In this document: positions 30,772 through 40,777 of the stretch, piece after piece
Numbering within the stretch: position 1 is the stretch's first letter
Layout of the letters: the number at the start of each line of letters is the position of its first letter
Origin: Rhizomicrobium sp.
Lineage (GTDB): Bacteria > Pseudomonadota > Alphaproteobacteria > Micropepsales > Micropepsaceae
Assembly: GCA_051959625.1 (NCBI GenBank)
Contig: JBQCFD010000200.1
Coordinates: 1 to 54,778, forward strand
DNA length: 54,778 nucleotides
Direction of reading: 5' to 3'
Notes under the pieces: generated by a model
The model's input: only the letters and a program-made list of their open reading frames with translations
Told to the model about the DNA's origin: nothing
The model's database searches: none
Position numbers and translations under genes: made by a program

Positions 30772-31382
30772 GCCAGCGCCAGCCGCGAACATTCGATGCC
30801 GAGCGGTTCGTGCGTCGCGGCCACGGCGATGCCGCCGGACCCGACATGCGACGCGATGAATTGCGCAGCGAGGGATTTGCCCGCGGCATCGAGCGCGGCA
30901 AGTGGTTCGTCGAGAAGCCACAGCGGACGGCCCGACAGTTTCAGCCGCGCGAGCGACAAACGCTTCTTCTGGCCGGCGGAAAGATATTGCGACGGAAGAT
31001 CGCGCGTCTTTCCCAATCCCACTTCGTCCAGCGCGGCATCGATATTGCCGGCGATGCGGTAGAGCGAGGCGAAGAACTGCAAAGTCTCGCGCGGCGTAAG
31101 TTGCGGCTTGGCGGCGTCGTGATGGCCGAGCCAGCCCGCCAGGGAGCCGCGTTCTTCGCCATCCACGATCTCGCCGCCATCGCCGTTCACGATGACGATC
31201 GCGCCGGACGCCGGCGCCAGAAATCCCGCGATCATGCGCAAAAGCGAGGATTTGCCCGCGCCGTTCGGGCCTTCGAGCGACAGCACGTGCCCTGCACCGA
31301 CGCGAAATCCCACGTCGCGGAAAACCACGCGGTTTCCGCGGATGCAGGTGAGATTATCGCCGGCGACGGAGCGGAGGGTCAT
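30768..31382 (-). CDS. ccmA: Heme ABC exporter ATPase
   Basis: GPNGAGKS, LSAGQKKR, WLLDEP and ATH. Confidence 0.94.
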   Translation of the reverse strand: MTLRSVAGDNLTCIRGNRVVFRDVGFRVGAGHVLSLEGPNGAGKSSLLRMIAGFLAPASGAIVIVNGDGGEIVDGEERGSLAGWLGHHDAAKPQLTPRETLQFFASLYRIAGNIDAALDEVGLGKTRDLPSQYLSAGQKKRLSLARLKLSGRPLWLLDEPLAALDAAGKSLAAQFIASHVGSGGIAVAATHEPLGIECSRLALA

Positions 31383-31397
31383 CCCCCGCTTCCTACA

Positions 31398-32120
31398 TCA
31401 ATACATGTGCTGGCCGCCATTGATGGAGATGGTGGAGCCGGTGATGAAGCCGGCGTCGTCGGCGACCAGGAACATGACGCCGCGGGCGATCTCATCGGCC
31501 TTGCCCAGCCGCCCCACCGGGATTTTGGCCACGATCTTCTCGAGCACCGGCGGCGGCACCGCGGCCACCATGTCGGTGTCGATATAGCCCGGCGCGATGG
31601 CATTCACGGTGATGCCCTTGGACGCGCCTTCCTGCGACAGCGCCTTGGTGAAGCCATGGATGCCGGACTTCGCGGCGGCGTAGTTCACCTGCCCGTATTG
31701 GCCGGCCTGGCCGTTGATGGAGCCGATGTTCACCACGCGGCCAAAACCGCGTTCCAGCATGCCGTCCCACACCGCCTTGCACATGTTGAAGCAGCCGCCG
31801 AGATTGGTATCGACCACCTCGTCCCAGCCGGCGCGGCCCATTTTCTTCATGGTCGCGTCGCGGGTGATGCCCGCATTGTTGACGACGATGTCGATCGGGC
31901 CGAGATCGGCCTCGATCTTTTTCATGGCGGTGCAGACGGAATCGAAGTCGGCGACATCGAATTTGTACACCGGGATTCCGGTCTTCTCGCTGAAGGCTCT
32001 GGCACGCTCGTCATTGCCCGCATAGTTGGCGGCGACCTTGTAGCCCGCCTTTTTCAGCGCGACGGAGATCGCTTCTCCGATCCCGCGCGTACCTCCGGTA
32101 ACGACAGCCACTCGGCTCAT
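31398..32120 (-). CDS. phaB: Acetoacetyl-CoA reductase
   Basis: TGGTRGIG, NNAGITRD, GQAGQYGQVNYAAAK and INGGQHMY. Confidence 0.93.
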   Translation of the reverse strand: MSRVAVVTGGTRGIGEAISVALKKAGYKVAANYAGNDERARAFSEKTGIPVYKFDVADFDSVCTAMKKIEADLGPIDIVVNNAGITRDATMKKMGRAGWDEVVDTNLGGCFNMCKAVWDGMLERGFGRVVNIGSINGQAGQYGQVNYAAAKSGIHGFTKALSQEGASKGITVNAIAPGYIDTDMVAAVPPPVLEKIVAKIPVGRLGKADEIARGVMFLVADDAGFITGSTISINGGQHMY

Positions 32121-32281
32121 ATTCTGGCGCTCCCTTGAAGAAAAATCTTATTTTGTTGCCGCAACCATAAAACAAAAAGAGGCCCGCGCGCGAGCGAGAA
32201 GCGCAGATGTGCGGCAACTCACCCGGCAAACGCGGCTGGCCGAGCCTCGTTGCCGTGCCGGTTCATGAAATGTTTCGACAG

Positions 32282-33037
32282 TCAGCCCAGGCCCCAACCG
32301 CCCAGCATCCACACGGCCATCGCGATCATCATCAGGTTCTCGGTGAGGGAGATGAATCCGAGCGGCACCTTGCTCGCGCCGCCGACGCAGGCGCATTTGA
32401 GCTCGCGCCTGTCGATATAGACGGCCTTGAACACCGACACCGCGCCAATGCCCCCGATGAAGAGCGCGACCGGCGCCGACAGCCACGTCAAAACGCCCGC
32501 GATCATCAGGATGCCCGCGAACGCTTCCGCAAAAGGATAGATATAGGCGTAAGGCACCCAGCGGCGCGCGAGGAGATCGTAGTTCAGGAACATGCTGGAG
32601 AACGTCTCCACATCCTGCAGCTTGAGCAGCGCGAGTATTGCCATGCTGAAAGCGATGAACCACGCCAAGGCGCGCAAGGTAAACGGCGTGCCGAACACTG
32701 CCATGCTCGCGGCCAGCGCCATCAGCGCGGTGATCGCGAACAGCGCGATGACGGGGCGATAGGTGGTGGCCTTGGGATCGGGCAACGGCTTGCCGAGCGC
32801 GCGGCGCAGGTCCTCATAGCCGCCGATGCGCTTGCCGTCGATGAAGGTCTGCGGCGTGGTGGAGACGCCGTTCTCCTTCTTGAAGGCTTCGTTCTCCTCG
32901 CGCGTCCTCAGCCAGTGATCGTCCACCGTGAAGCCTTCGCGCTCGAGGAACCATCTGGATTTGAGGCCCCAGGGGCAGATGTGCTGCGGCATCACCATGC
33001 GATAGAGGCTGGCGCGGCGTTGTTCGGACATGGGCAT
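32282..33037 (-). CDS. Glutaredoxin-like domain fused to a MauE/DoxX-like membrane domain
   Basis: HICPWG, TTPQTFIDGKRIGGY, LKCACVGG and SLTENL. Confidence 0.82.
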   Translation of the reverse strand: MPMSEQRRASLYRMVMPQHICPWGLKSRWFLEREGFTVDDHWLRTREENEAFKKENGVSTTPQTFIDGKRIGGYEDLRRALGKPLPDPKATTYRPVIALFAITALMALAASMAVFGTPFTLRALAWFIAFSMAILALLKLQDVETFSSMFLNYDLLARRWVPYAYIYPFAEAFAGILMIAGVLTWLSAPVALFIGGIGAVSVFKAVYIDRRELKCACVGGASKVPLGFISLTENLMMIAMAVWMLGGWGLG

Positions 33038-33068
33038 TCCTTTTGGGGCTTAACGCGGGACTGGCGCT

Positions 33069-33100
33069 TTTGTAGCCTCCGTACCACGGTACGGAGTCAA
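33069..33100 (-). promoter_or_regulatory. MerR-type long-spacer promoter/operator
   Basis: Minus strand reads TTGACT-CCGTACcgtgGTACGGAGGC-TACAAA: a dyad inside a 20-bp spacer. Confidence 0.85.
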
Positions 33101-33102
33101 GC

Positions 33103-33486
33103 ATGAGCGAATGGACGATCGCGGGCTTCGCGCGCAAAGGCGGCGTGGGCGTGGAAACGGTGCGCTATTACCAGCGCCGCGGCCTTCTCCCCACGCCGAT
33201 CAAATCCGGCGGAATCCGCCGCTATCGCGAAGCGGATTTGCGGCGATTGCACTTCATCCGCGCTGCGCAGAGTGCGGGCTTCACCCTGGAGGAGATCGGC
33301 GAATTGCTGGCGCTGGACGCCACCAATGACCGCCGCCGCGTGCGCACCCTGGCAGGCCAACGGATTGCGGCGCTGGACGCCAAGATTGCCGAACTCGAGG
33401 CCGCGCGCGATGTTTTGAAGAAACTCGCGCGCCAATGCGCGGCAGGAACGAGAGGGCCCTGCCCCATTCTTTCGGCATTTGAATGA
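33103..33486 (+). CDS. MerR-family regulator
   Basis: VGVETVRYYQRRGLL, GFTLEEI and C-terminal CAAGTRGPCPIL. Confidence 0.93.
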   Translation: MSEWTIAGFARKGGVGVETVRYYQRRGLLPTPIKSGGIRRYREADLRRLHFIRAAQSAGFTLEEIGELLALDATNDRRRVRTLAGQRIAALDAKIAELEAARDVLKKLARQCAAGTRGPCPILSAFE

Positions 33487-33564
33487 ACGAACGTTGACAT
33501 AGCCCTTTTGAACAAACGGACGCGATGCGCCATGCTGGTGCCGCCCCCTTTTCGAGAACATGCC

Positions 33565-33795
33565 ATGCCCAACAATTATTCGCAGGACGACCTGACAAAC
33601 CGCCTCACAAAGCCCGGCTGGCAACGCACCGATGCCAGCGGCGCGACCGAAACGGGCACACTGAAAGACATGGCCACGAAGGCGCACGCCGAGCGCACGA
33701 AACATCCGGGCATCATCAAGGAGATCGAAACGGCGGTGGAGCTGGAGTTAATTCAGCTGCAGCAGCTTTGGCACTATCTCGGGCTGCCGGATTAA
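33565..33795 (+). CDS. Hypothetical protein (76 aa)
   Basis: Host-like codon usage, GAGAA upstream and TTGACA at 33494; no recognisable motif. Confidence 0.55.
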   Translation: MPNNYSQDDLTNRLTKPGWQRTDASGATETGTLKDMATKAHAERTKHPGIIKEIETAVELELIQLQQLWHYLGLPD

Positions 33796-34058
33796 TGTGT
33801 TAATCAACTCGCCGGTCTGCCCCGGCTAGGCGAAGATCCTTCGGTCGAAATCTAAGTCTGCAAAGAAGTTGGCGGATTCGATCGATAAGGTCGCGCTTGG
33901 AACGGCAAAGATTTCAGTCAATACCATTAGTTCAAAGGATCGGGCTGACGAAGAGGCGGCCTTGAAGCCGCGATTTCAATCTCAGCAAGCGCAAACTGAC
34001 GGCATAGCGGGAAACCTGTGATGACAATGCATAGCTAGAGTGCGGTGCCACAATAATT

Positions 34059-34340
34059 TCACCCCACCTTCTTTCGCATTTTCGATCTTCCAACCGCCTT
34101 CACCAGTGTCGCGTTGATGCGGCTTTGCCAGCCGGGGCCGTCTTCGCGGAAGGCACGCAGCACCTCCGCATCCAGCCGGAGCGTGACCTGCTCCTTTGGG
34201 TCTTCCAGCTTCGGCCGCCCGCGCGCGCGTTTGGAGGCTTCCGCCAACGCGGGCAGAACATCCTTCAGCGGCTTGGCGCGCTTGAAGTTTTTGGCCGTCC
34301 AGGCCGGATTGTCATTCCAGGGCGCTTTTTTGCTTTTCAT
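34059..34340 (-). CDS. brnA: BrnA-family antitoxin
   Basis: RGRPK..PKEQVTLRLD.EVL..FR..GPGWQSRIN. Confidence 0.92.
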   Translation of the reverse strand: MKSKKAPWNDNPAWTAKNFKRAKPLKDVLPALAEASKRARGRPKLEDPKEQVTLRLDAEVLRAFREDGPGWQSRINATLVKAVGRSKMRKKVG

Positions 34341-34593
34341 AATACGCACACTCTCTTTTGTTCGCTTTGCGCAGACTGATCACGCGGACATTCGCTCCGC
34401 GAAAGGTGAACACCAGCATGTGCAGACGCGCACCGATCAACCCCAAAGCCTGAAATCGCGCCTCGCCATAATCGCGGCGATCATCTTCATCGACCACCGC
34501 CGTCTCGAACGCGAAGCCTGCCGCGTCCGCCAGATCGATCCGGTGCTTGCGCCGATTGACCGCGTTCTTGTCGGGATCGAATTCGATCTCCAT
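34312..34593 (-). CDS. brnT: BrnT-family toxin
   Basis: EFDPDKNAVNRRKH, DYGEARF and RVISLRKANKRE. Confidence 0.92.
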   Translation of the reverse strand: MEIEFDPDKNAVNRRKHRIDLADAAGFAFETAVVDEDDRRDYGEARFQALGLIGARLHMLVFTFRGANVRVISLRKANKRECAYYEKQKSALE

Positions 34594-34595
34594 GA

Positions 34596-34649
34596 TTTAT
34601 CGTAGTTACGATAAACTGGGATGTCAACATATATCGTAGCTACAGATAT
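34596..34649 (-). promoter_or_regulatory. brnTA promoter with two operator palindromes
   Basis: Palindromes TTTATCGTA-gt-TACGATAAA (34596-34615) and ATATCGTA-gc-TACAGATAT (34631-34649); minus-strand TTGACA-17 bp-TACGAT. Confidence 0.8.
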
Positions 34650-34695
34650 TAGGACCGCCGCCTGCTATCGTCGTTCGCCTGCCTGAGGGACCCCC

Positions 34696-35052
34696 ATGTA
34701 TATCACGAGCCTCGTCATTCCCGTGCCGGAAGAGAACATCGAGGCTTATCGCAAATGGGCGCAGATGAGCGCGGCGTTCTTCGAGGAATATGGCTGCCTG
34801 GAGATCGTGGAAGCATGGGAGGATTTCATCCCCGACGGCAAGCAAACCGATTTCCGCAAAGCTGTCGCTGCCAAGCCGGGCGAGAAGATCGTGCTGACCT
34901 GGCAGATCTGGAAGGACAAGCAGACCTTCGAGGCCGCCGAACACAGGATGCATGACGATCCGCGCATGGACGCGGCAGGCACACCGCCCTTCGATGCGAC
35001 GCGCCTGATCCTGGGCTGCTTCACGCCGCTCCTGACCATGGGCCGTCCGTGA
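34696..35052 (+). CDS. DUF1428 (YbaA-like) protein
   Basis: GKQTDFRKAVAAKPGE and PPFDATRLILGCF. Confidence 0.85.
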   Translation: MYITSLVIPVPEENIEAYRKWAQMSAAFFEEYGCLEIVEAWEDFIPDGKQTDFRKAVAAKPGEKIVLTWQIWKDKQTFEAAEHRMHDDPRMDAAGTPPFDATRLILGCFTPLLTMGRP

Positions 35053-35450
35053 TGCCCGCCGCGGACGCGTTGTTCTCTCTCGACCACACCGTCAAGCGCG
35101 ACCCGGCGATCGATGCGTGGTTCACCGTCCTCGATCCACACCGGCTCATGGTACGCGCCTGGTTCGATGCGATGCGCGATTGCGGGGGCGATGTGCGTGA
35201 AGCGATGCATGACGGCTGCCCCACCGCCTGCGTTGGCGAGGCGGCCTTCGCCTATGTCGGCGCGTACAAGGCGCATGCAGCAATCGGCTTTTTCCTCGGC
35301 GCGAAGCTCCGCGATCCCGCGCGCCTGCTGCAAGGCAGCGGCAAGCGCATGCGCCACGTGAAGCTCGTCCCCGGCAAGCCCCTGAACGATGCGGCGCTGC
35401 ACGGCCTCATTGCCGCCGCCTATTCCGATATCCGCAAGCAGCTGGGTTGA
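35049..35450 (+). CDS. DUF1801 (YdhG-like) protein
   Basis: GFF.GAKLRDPARLLQGSGKRMRHVKL. Confidence 0.8.
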   Translation: MMPAADALFSLDHTVKRDPAIDAWFTVLDPHRLMVRAWFDAMRDCGGDVREAMHDGCPTACVGEAAFAYVGAYKAHAAIGFFLGAKLRDPARLLQGSGKRMRHVKLVPGKPLNDAALHGLIAAAYSDIRKQLG

Positions 35451-35562
35451 CGCATTCTCCATCGCAGGAAATGTCATTCCATTTCCATTTCACCGACGCG
35501 GTTGTCGAGCCCGCGCGCGCAGGGCTAGGCTCGCCGGCGACAAGACATCCGGAGAGACGCGC

Positions 35563-36441
35563 ATGGCCGACAGCACCGAATATGTCCCGCCCAAGGTTTG
35601 GGTGTGGGACAAGGAGAGCGGCGGGCGTTTCGCCAACATCAACCGCCCGATCGCCGGTTCGACGCACGAGAAGGAGCTGCCGGTCGGCAAGCATCCCTTC
35701 CAGCTCTATTCACTCGCCACGCCGAATGGCGTGAAGGTGACGGTGATGTTCGAGGAACTGCTCGCCGCCGGCCACAAAGACGCGGAATACGACGCGTGGC
35801 TCATCAACATCTCGAATGGCGACCAGTTCGGCTCGGGCTTCGTCGCCATCAATCCCAATTCCAAAATTCCCGCGCTCATGGACCGTTCGGGCGAGAAGCC
35901 CGTGCGGGTGTTCGAATCGGCATCCATCCTCATGCATCTGGCGGAGAAATTCGGCGCATTTCTTCCGAAGTCCGGCCCCGCGCGCACCGAGGCGCTGAAC
36001 TGGCTGTTCTGGCAGATGGGCAGCGCGCCATATCTCGGCGGCGGCTTCGGACACTTCTACGCCTATGCGCCGTCGAAGATGCAATATCCGATCGACCGCT
36101 TCGCGATGGAAGTGAAGCGCCAGCTCGACGTGCTCGATCGCCGCCTAGCCGAGGCGGAATATCTTGCGGGCGACGAATACACCATCGCCGACATGGCGGT
36201 GTGGCCCTGGTATGGCGGGCTCGTGAAAGGCGCGCTCTACAGCGCCGGCGAATTCCTGAGCGTGCAGGACTACAAACACGTCCTGCGCTGGACAAACCAG
36301 ATCGGCGCCCGGCCCGCGGTCAAGCGCGGGCAGATGGTCAATCGCGCCTGGGGCGATCCGTCGGGGCAATTGCTCGAGCGCCACGATGCGAGCGATTTCG
36401 ACACAAAGACGATGGATAAGCTCACCGCCAAACCGGCATAA
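35563..36441 (+). CDS. yghU: Glutathione-dependent disulfide oxidoreductase (Nu-class GST)
   Basis: FANINRPIAG, YSLATPNG, NPNSKIP and LGGGFGHFYAYAP. Confidence 0.93.
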   Translation: MADSTEYVPPKVWVWDKESGGRFANINRPIAGSTHEKELPVGKHPFQLYSLATPNGVKVTVMFEELLAAGHKDAEYDAWLINISNGDQFGSGFVAINPNSKIPALMDRSGEKPVRVFESASILMHLAEKFGAFLPKSGPARTEALNWLFWQMGSAPYLGGGFGHFYAYAPSKMQYPIDRFAMEVKRQLDVLDRRLAEAEYLAGDEYTIADMAVWPWYGGLVKGALYSAGEFLSVQDYKHVLRWTNQIGARPAVKRGQMVNRAWGDPSGQLLERHDASDFDTKTMDKLTAKPA

Positions 36442-36520
36442 GGCGCGGGCGGCAGCCAAAAAAACGGACTTTCCGCCGGCGGCGAAAACATTCTTCACCG
36501 CCTCTTGAATTCTTCGCTGT

Positions 36521-36546
36521 CATGTGTAAGTTATTTCTTACATATG
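36521..36546. promoter_or_regulatory. Probable operator palindrome upstream of the ArsR-family gene
   Basis: CATgTGTAAG-ttattt-CTTACAtATG, 17 bp before the start codon. Confidence 0.7.
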
Positions 36547-36563
36547 TCTGATGGAGCTGTTCA

Positions 36564-36878
36564 TTGGCCCTGACGGGAGACCGGTTGCTCGCGGCGCTTT
36601 CGGCGCTCGCCAACCCGCATCGGCTGCGGATCGTGGCGGCACTGACGAAAGACGGGCGCAACTATGTCAGCCAGCTCGCGCGCGAGGTGGGCATCAGCCG
36701 GCCGCTGCTCCATCTGCATCTTCAAAAACTGGAGGAGGCCGGGCTCGTCACGTCCAAGCTGGAGCTCTCCAGCGACGGCAAGGCCCTCAACTATTTCGAA
36801 GTGGCGAAATTCGATTTCGAGCTCACACCCGCCGCCATTGCGCAGGCTGCGAAATCTCTCACCGATTCCGGGAAGTGA
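36564..36878 (+). CDS. ArsR/SmtB-family winged-helix regulator (Cys-free)
   Basis: ALANPHRLRI and VSQLAREVGISRPLLHLHLQKLEEAGLV; TTG start after GGAG. Confidence 0.88.
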   Translation: MALTGDRLLAALSALANPHRLRIVAALTKDGRNYVSQLAREVGISRPLLHLHLQKLEEAGLVTSKLELSSDGKALNYFEVAKFDFELTPAAIAQAAKSLTDSGK

Positions 36879-36889
36879 AAGGAAACACC

Positions 36890-37147
36890 ATGTCTTCCAC
36901 CATCTACCTCATCACGCTGGCGACAATCTTCGGAACGATCATCGTCGTGTTCGGATTGCGCTTTCTACAGGCGTCGGCCATCGCAGGCGCCGATGCGGCG
37001 CATACCGATGCCTATCGCAAGCTCGCCTCCGATGCCGTGACCGCCCAAGCGGGCAATGCCGCCACCTTGTCCGCAATCCAGAGCGAGCTCGCCGAAGTGA
37101 AGTCGCGCATGGCGAACGTCGAGAAGATCCTGAAGGCGGTTGAGTGA
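36890..37147 (+). CDS. Single-TM protein with a C-terminal coiled coil
   Basis: AAGGAAA RBS, N-terminal TM segment, and heptads LSAIQSELAEVKSRMANVEKIL. Confidence 0.75.
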   Translation: MSSTIYLITLATIFGTIIVVFGLRFLQASAIAGADAAHTDAYRKLASDAVTAQAGNAATLSAIQSELAEVKSRMANVEKILKAVE

Positions 37148-37590
37148 TGGCACTCGCAACGAACGCGGCGGCGGACTTTACCGTCTCCGGCAGACGCGAC
37201 ATCGCGCTGTGGCGTCTCTTTCTTCTGCGCGCGGTCTATCTGTTGATGGCCGCCGGCATGGGCTCGATCATTGTGCCCGCCTTCCTGCATCACAAGCCGT
37301 GGAGCTTCGACCACGGCGTCGTGAACGCGATGCTACTGGCGATGGTGGTGCTGGCGATATTGGGATTGCGCTATCCGCTCAAGATGCTGCCGCTGCTCTT
37401 CTGGGAGATGGCGTGGAAGATCATCTGGCTCTCGGCCATCGCTTATCCGGCCTGGCGCGACGGCGCGATGACTGCCGACATTCGCGACAATCTTTTCGCC
37501 TGCGCGCTGGTCGCGGTCGTCATTCTGGCCACGCCGTGGGATTATATCTGGCGGAACTTCGTGGCGGCGAAGAGCGAACGCTTCTGGTGA
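37147..37590 (+). CDS. Hypothetical membrane protein (about 4 TM)
   Basis: Four hydrophobic segments; LGLRYPLKMLPLL and PWDY; TGATG coupling to the upstream gene. Confidence 0.75.
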   Translation: MALATNAAADFTVSGRRDIALWRLFLLRAVYLLMAAGMGSIIVPAFLHHKPWSFDHGVVNAMLLAMVVLAILGLRYPLKMLPLLFWEMAWKIIWLSAIAYPAWRDGAMTADIRDNLFACALVAVVILATPWDYIWRNFVAAKSERFW

Positions 37591-37694
37591 CAGCTAGTTT
37601 CGATCGTCACGCGCGGTGCATGGCCGGGGTTGCACCGGACAGGATTGCCCGCGCAGCGCCTGCTCCCCACGTTTATGACAATAGGGGGGCATCT

Positions 37695-38966
37695 ATGCGT
37701 GTCGGCCAATCTCTTTTGTGCGCGGCAGCCATCTGGGCGCTGACGATTCCGGCAACCGCCGCGCCGGTGCAGACCGACTATCCGGCGCTGTTCGACGCCG
37801 TCTGGAACGCGGTGGACGAACATTTCTACGATCCGCATTTCCATGGCCACGACTGGAACGCGATCGGCGCGCAATACCGCGCCAGGCTCGGCGCGGTGAA
37901 AACGGACCGCGAGTTCGAGCTGCTGGCGACGCAGATGCTGGACGAGCTCGGCGTGTCGCACTTGTACGTCGTGCCGCCCACGGCCTCCACCGGCATCGGC
38001 ATCGGCGTGCGCTTCCGCAAACTGGACGGGCACTACGTCGTCGCCGAGGTCAAGCCGTTGTCCGACGCGGCGGCTAAAGGCGTGAAAGTTGGCGACCTGC
38101 TGGTCTCGCCCAAAACGCCCGACGAACTGCGCGGTGAACTCGGCACGGCGCAACAGGCGCGATTCCAAACCTGCGAGGGGCGTCTGCGCGATGTCAGCGT
38201 GAAGCATGTCGGCGCGTTCTGGCCGTCGCTCTTGCCCGCCTTCGAATGGCAACCTTACGCGTTCACGCCGCATTTCAACGCGGGCTACATCCGCATCGAT
38301 CGCTTCAGCGACGACGCCAGCCGGCTCGCCGACGAAGCCATGGCGGATCTGAAGGACAGTGACGGCCTCATCATCGACGTGCGCAACAACAGCGGTGGCA
38401 ATCTCTCCGAGATGCGGCTGGCGTCGTATTTCCATTCCAGCAAGCCGGTCGCCGTGGCGCTTCTCGCGCGCGACTATCTCAAGCAGCTTGGCCATCCCGT
38501 CACGAAGGCGGACATGGACGCGGTGGCGCATGTCTCCGGCGACTATACCGACGACGCCATTCGCGGCGCCGTGATCGCGAACAAGGGCGCTGCCGTGTTC
38601 GTCAGCGAAGACATGGGCGACAAGCGCTACACCAAGCCTGTGGTCGTGTTGATGGGCAACGACACCGGCAGTGCCGCCGAAGGGTTTGCGTGGGAGATGC
38701 ACCTTGCGAGCAAGGCGACGCTCGTGGGGCAGCCCACCCAGGGCTATCTGCTGAGCGCGGAAGAGTTCAAGCTGCCGGACGGCTGGACCATCGCCATCCC
38801 GACGCAAGGCGTCTGGGATGCGGACACCGGCATGGACTTTCGCGACAAGCCCGTGCCGCCGGACGTGACGGTGGAATGGACGCGCGCCGATCTCTGTTCG
38901 GGCCGCGATCCGGATCTCGAAAAGGCGCTGGCGCTCCTTGCGCAGAAGAGCGGCCAGTCGCGCTAG
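37695..38966 (+). CDS. S41-family peptidase (tricorn/C-terminal processing type), secreted
   Basis: Signal peptide; FYDP.F.G.DW, PDZ-like segment, IIDVRNNSGG and TGSAAEGF. Confidence 0.87.
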   Translation: MRVGQSLLCAAAIWALTIPATAAPVQTDYPALFDAVWNAVDEHFYDPHFHGHDWNAIGAQYRARLGAVKTDREFELLATQMLDELGVSHLYVVPPTASTGIGIGVRFRKLDGHYVVAEVKPLSDAAAKGVKVGDLLVSPKTPDELRGELGTAQQARFQTCEGRLRDVSVKHVGAFWPSLLPAFEWQPYAFTPHFNAGYIRIDRFSDDASRLADEAMADLKDSDGLIIDVRNNSGGNLSEMRLASYFHSSKPVAVALLARDYLKQLGHPVTKADMDAVAHVSGDYTDDAIRGAVIANKGAAVFVSEDMGDKRYTKPVVVLMGNDTGSAAEGFAWEMHLASKATLVGQPTQGYLLSAEEFKLPDGWTIAIPTQGVWDADTGMDFRDKPVPPDVTVEWTRADLCSGRDPDLEKALALLAQKSGQSR

Positions 38967-39002
38967 GGATGCAGCGTCTGCTCGCGGATCCGAGGCAGGC
39001 GC

Positions 39003-39317
39003 TCAGATGCTTCCCTTGCGCTCCACCACGAGGATGCGCGCTTCGCCGTCGGGATGTGCGACGTGCTCATCGCCGACATCTGCGAACGCCATGTCGCCCG
39101 GGCCCATCCGCTGCACCCGTTCCGCGCCACCCTCGCGGTAATGCATGTCGACCACGCCGTCGATCACGAGGAAGACTTCGGCGCCATCATTCACGTGCCA
39201 CTTGTAGGGCTTGTCGGTCCAATGCAGGCGCACGGTGGCACCATCGATCTCCGCAATGTCGCGCGCGCCCCAAGGGCGCTCCGCTGTAAAGCGCTTCGCG
39301 TCGAGATGAAATTTCAT
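39003..39317 (-). CDS. Cupin domain protein
   Basis: YKWHVNDGAEVF and GDEHVAHP.GEARIL. Confidence 0.85.
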   Translation of the reverse strand: MKFHLDAKRFTAERPWGARDIAEIDGATVRLHWTDKPYKWHVNDGAEVFLVIDGVVDMHYREGGAERVQRMGPGDMAFADVGDEHVAHPDGEARILVVERKGSI

Positions 39318-39330
39318 GCGAGAACTTCGC

Positions 39331-40533
<1,203 letters not shown>

Positions 40534-40645
40534 CTACCCGTGATTTCGTTTTGTTGCTTCTGCTCGCAAATTGCCGCGAATGCGAGCAATCGTAAACCGT
40601 CGCTATTTTTTCCTTATATACAATAGCTTACAAGGTTGACCGCTT

Positions 40646-40658
40646 GATGCAGCGCATC
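40646..40658. promoter_or_regulatory. Candidate PhaR site (TGC-N3-GCA)
   Basis: GATGC-AGC-GCATC palindrome between phaA and phaR. Confidence 0.55.
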
Positions 40659-40777
40659 GAAAACGGTCATAAAGCACTGGACAGAGTGGAGAATTCAGTG
40701 CTGGACTAACTGCCACAGGAGCGCCCGTCAGCGGCGTGGGGGAAACGCCTTCGGGCATTAGCGAAAAGTAGGTCCAC

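Noticed and set aside
37140-37694. Apparent 608-aa S41 fusion ORF
   Set aside because: The N-terminal part is an Arg-rich off-frame read of the 4-TM gene; a signal peptide and RBS support a start at 37695.
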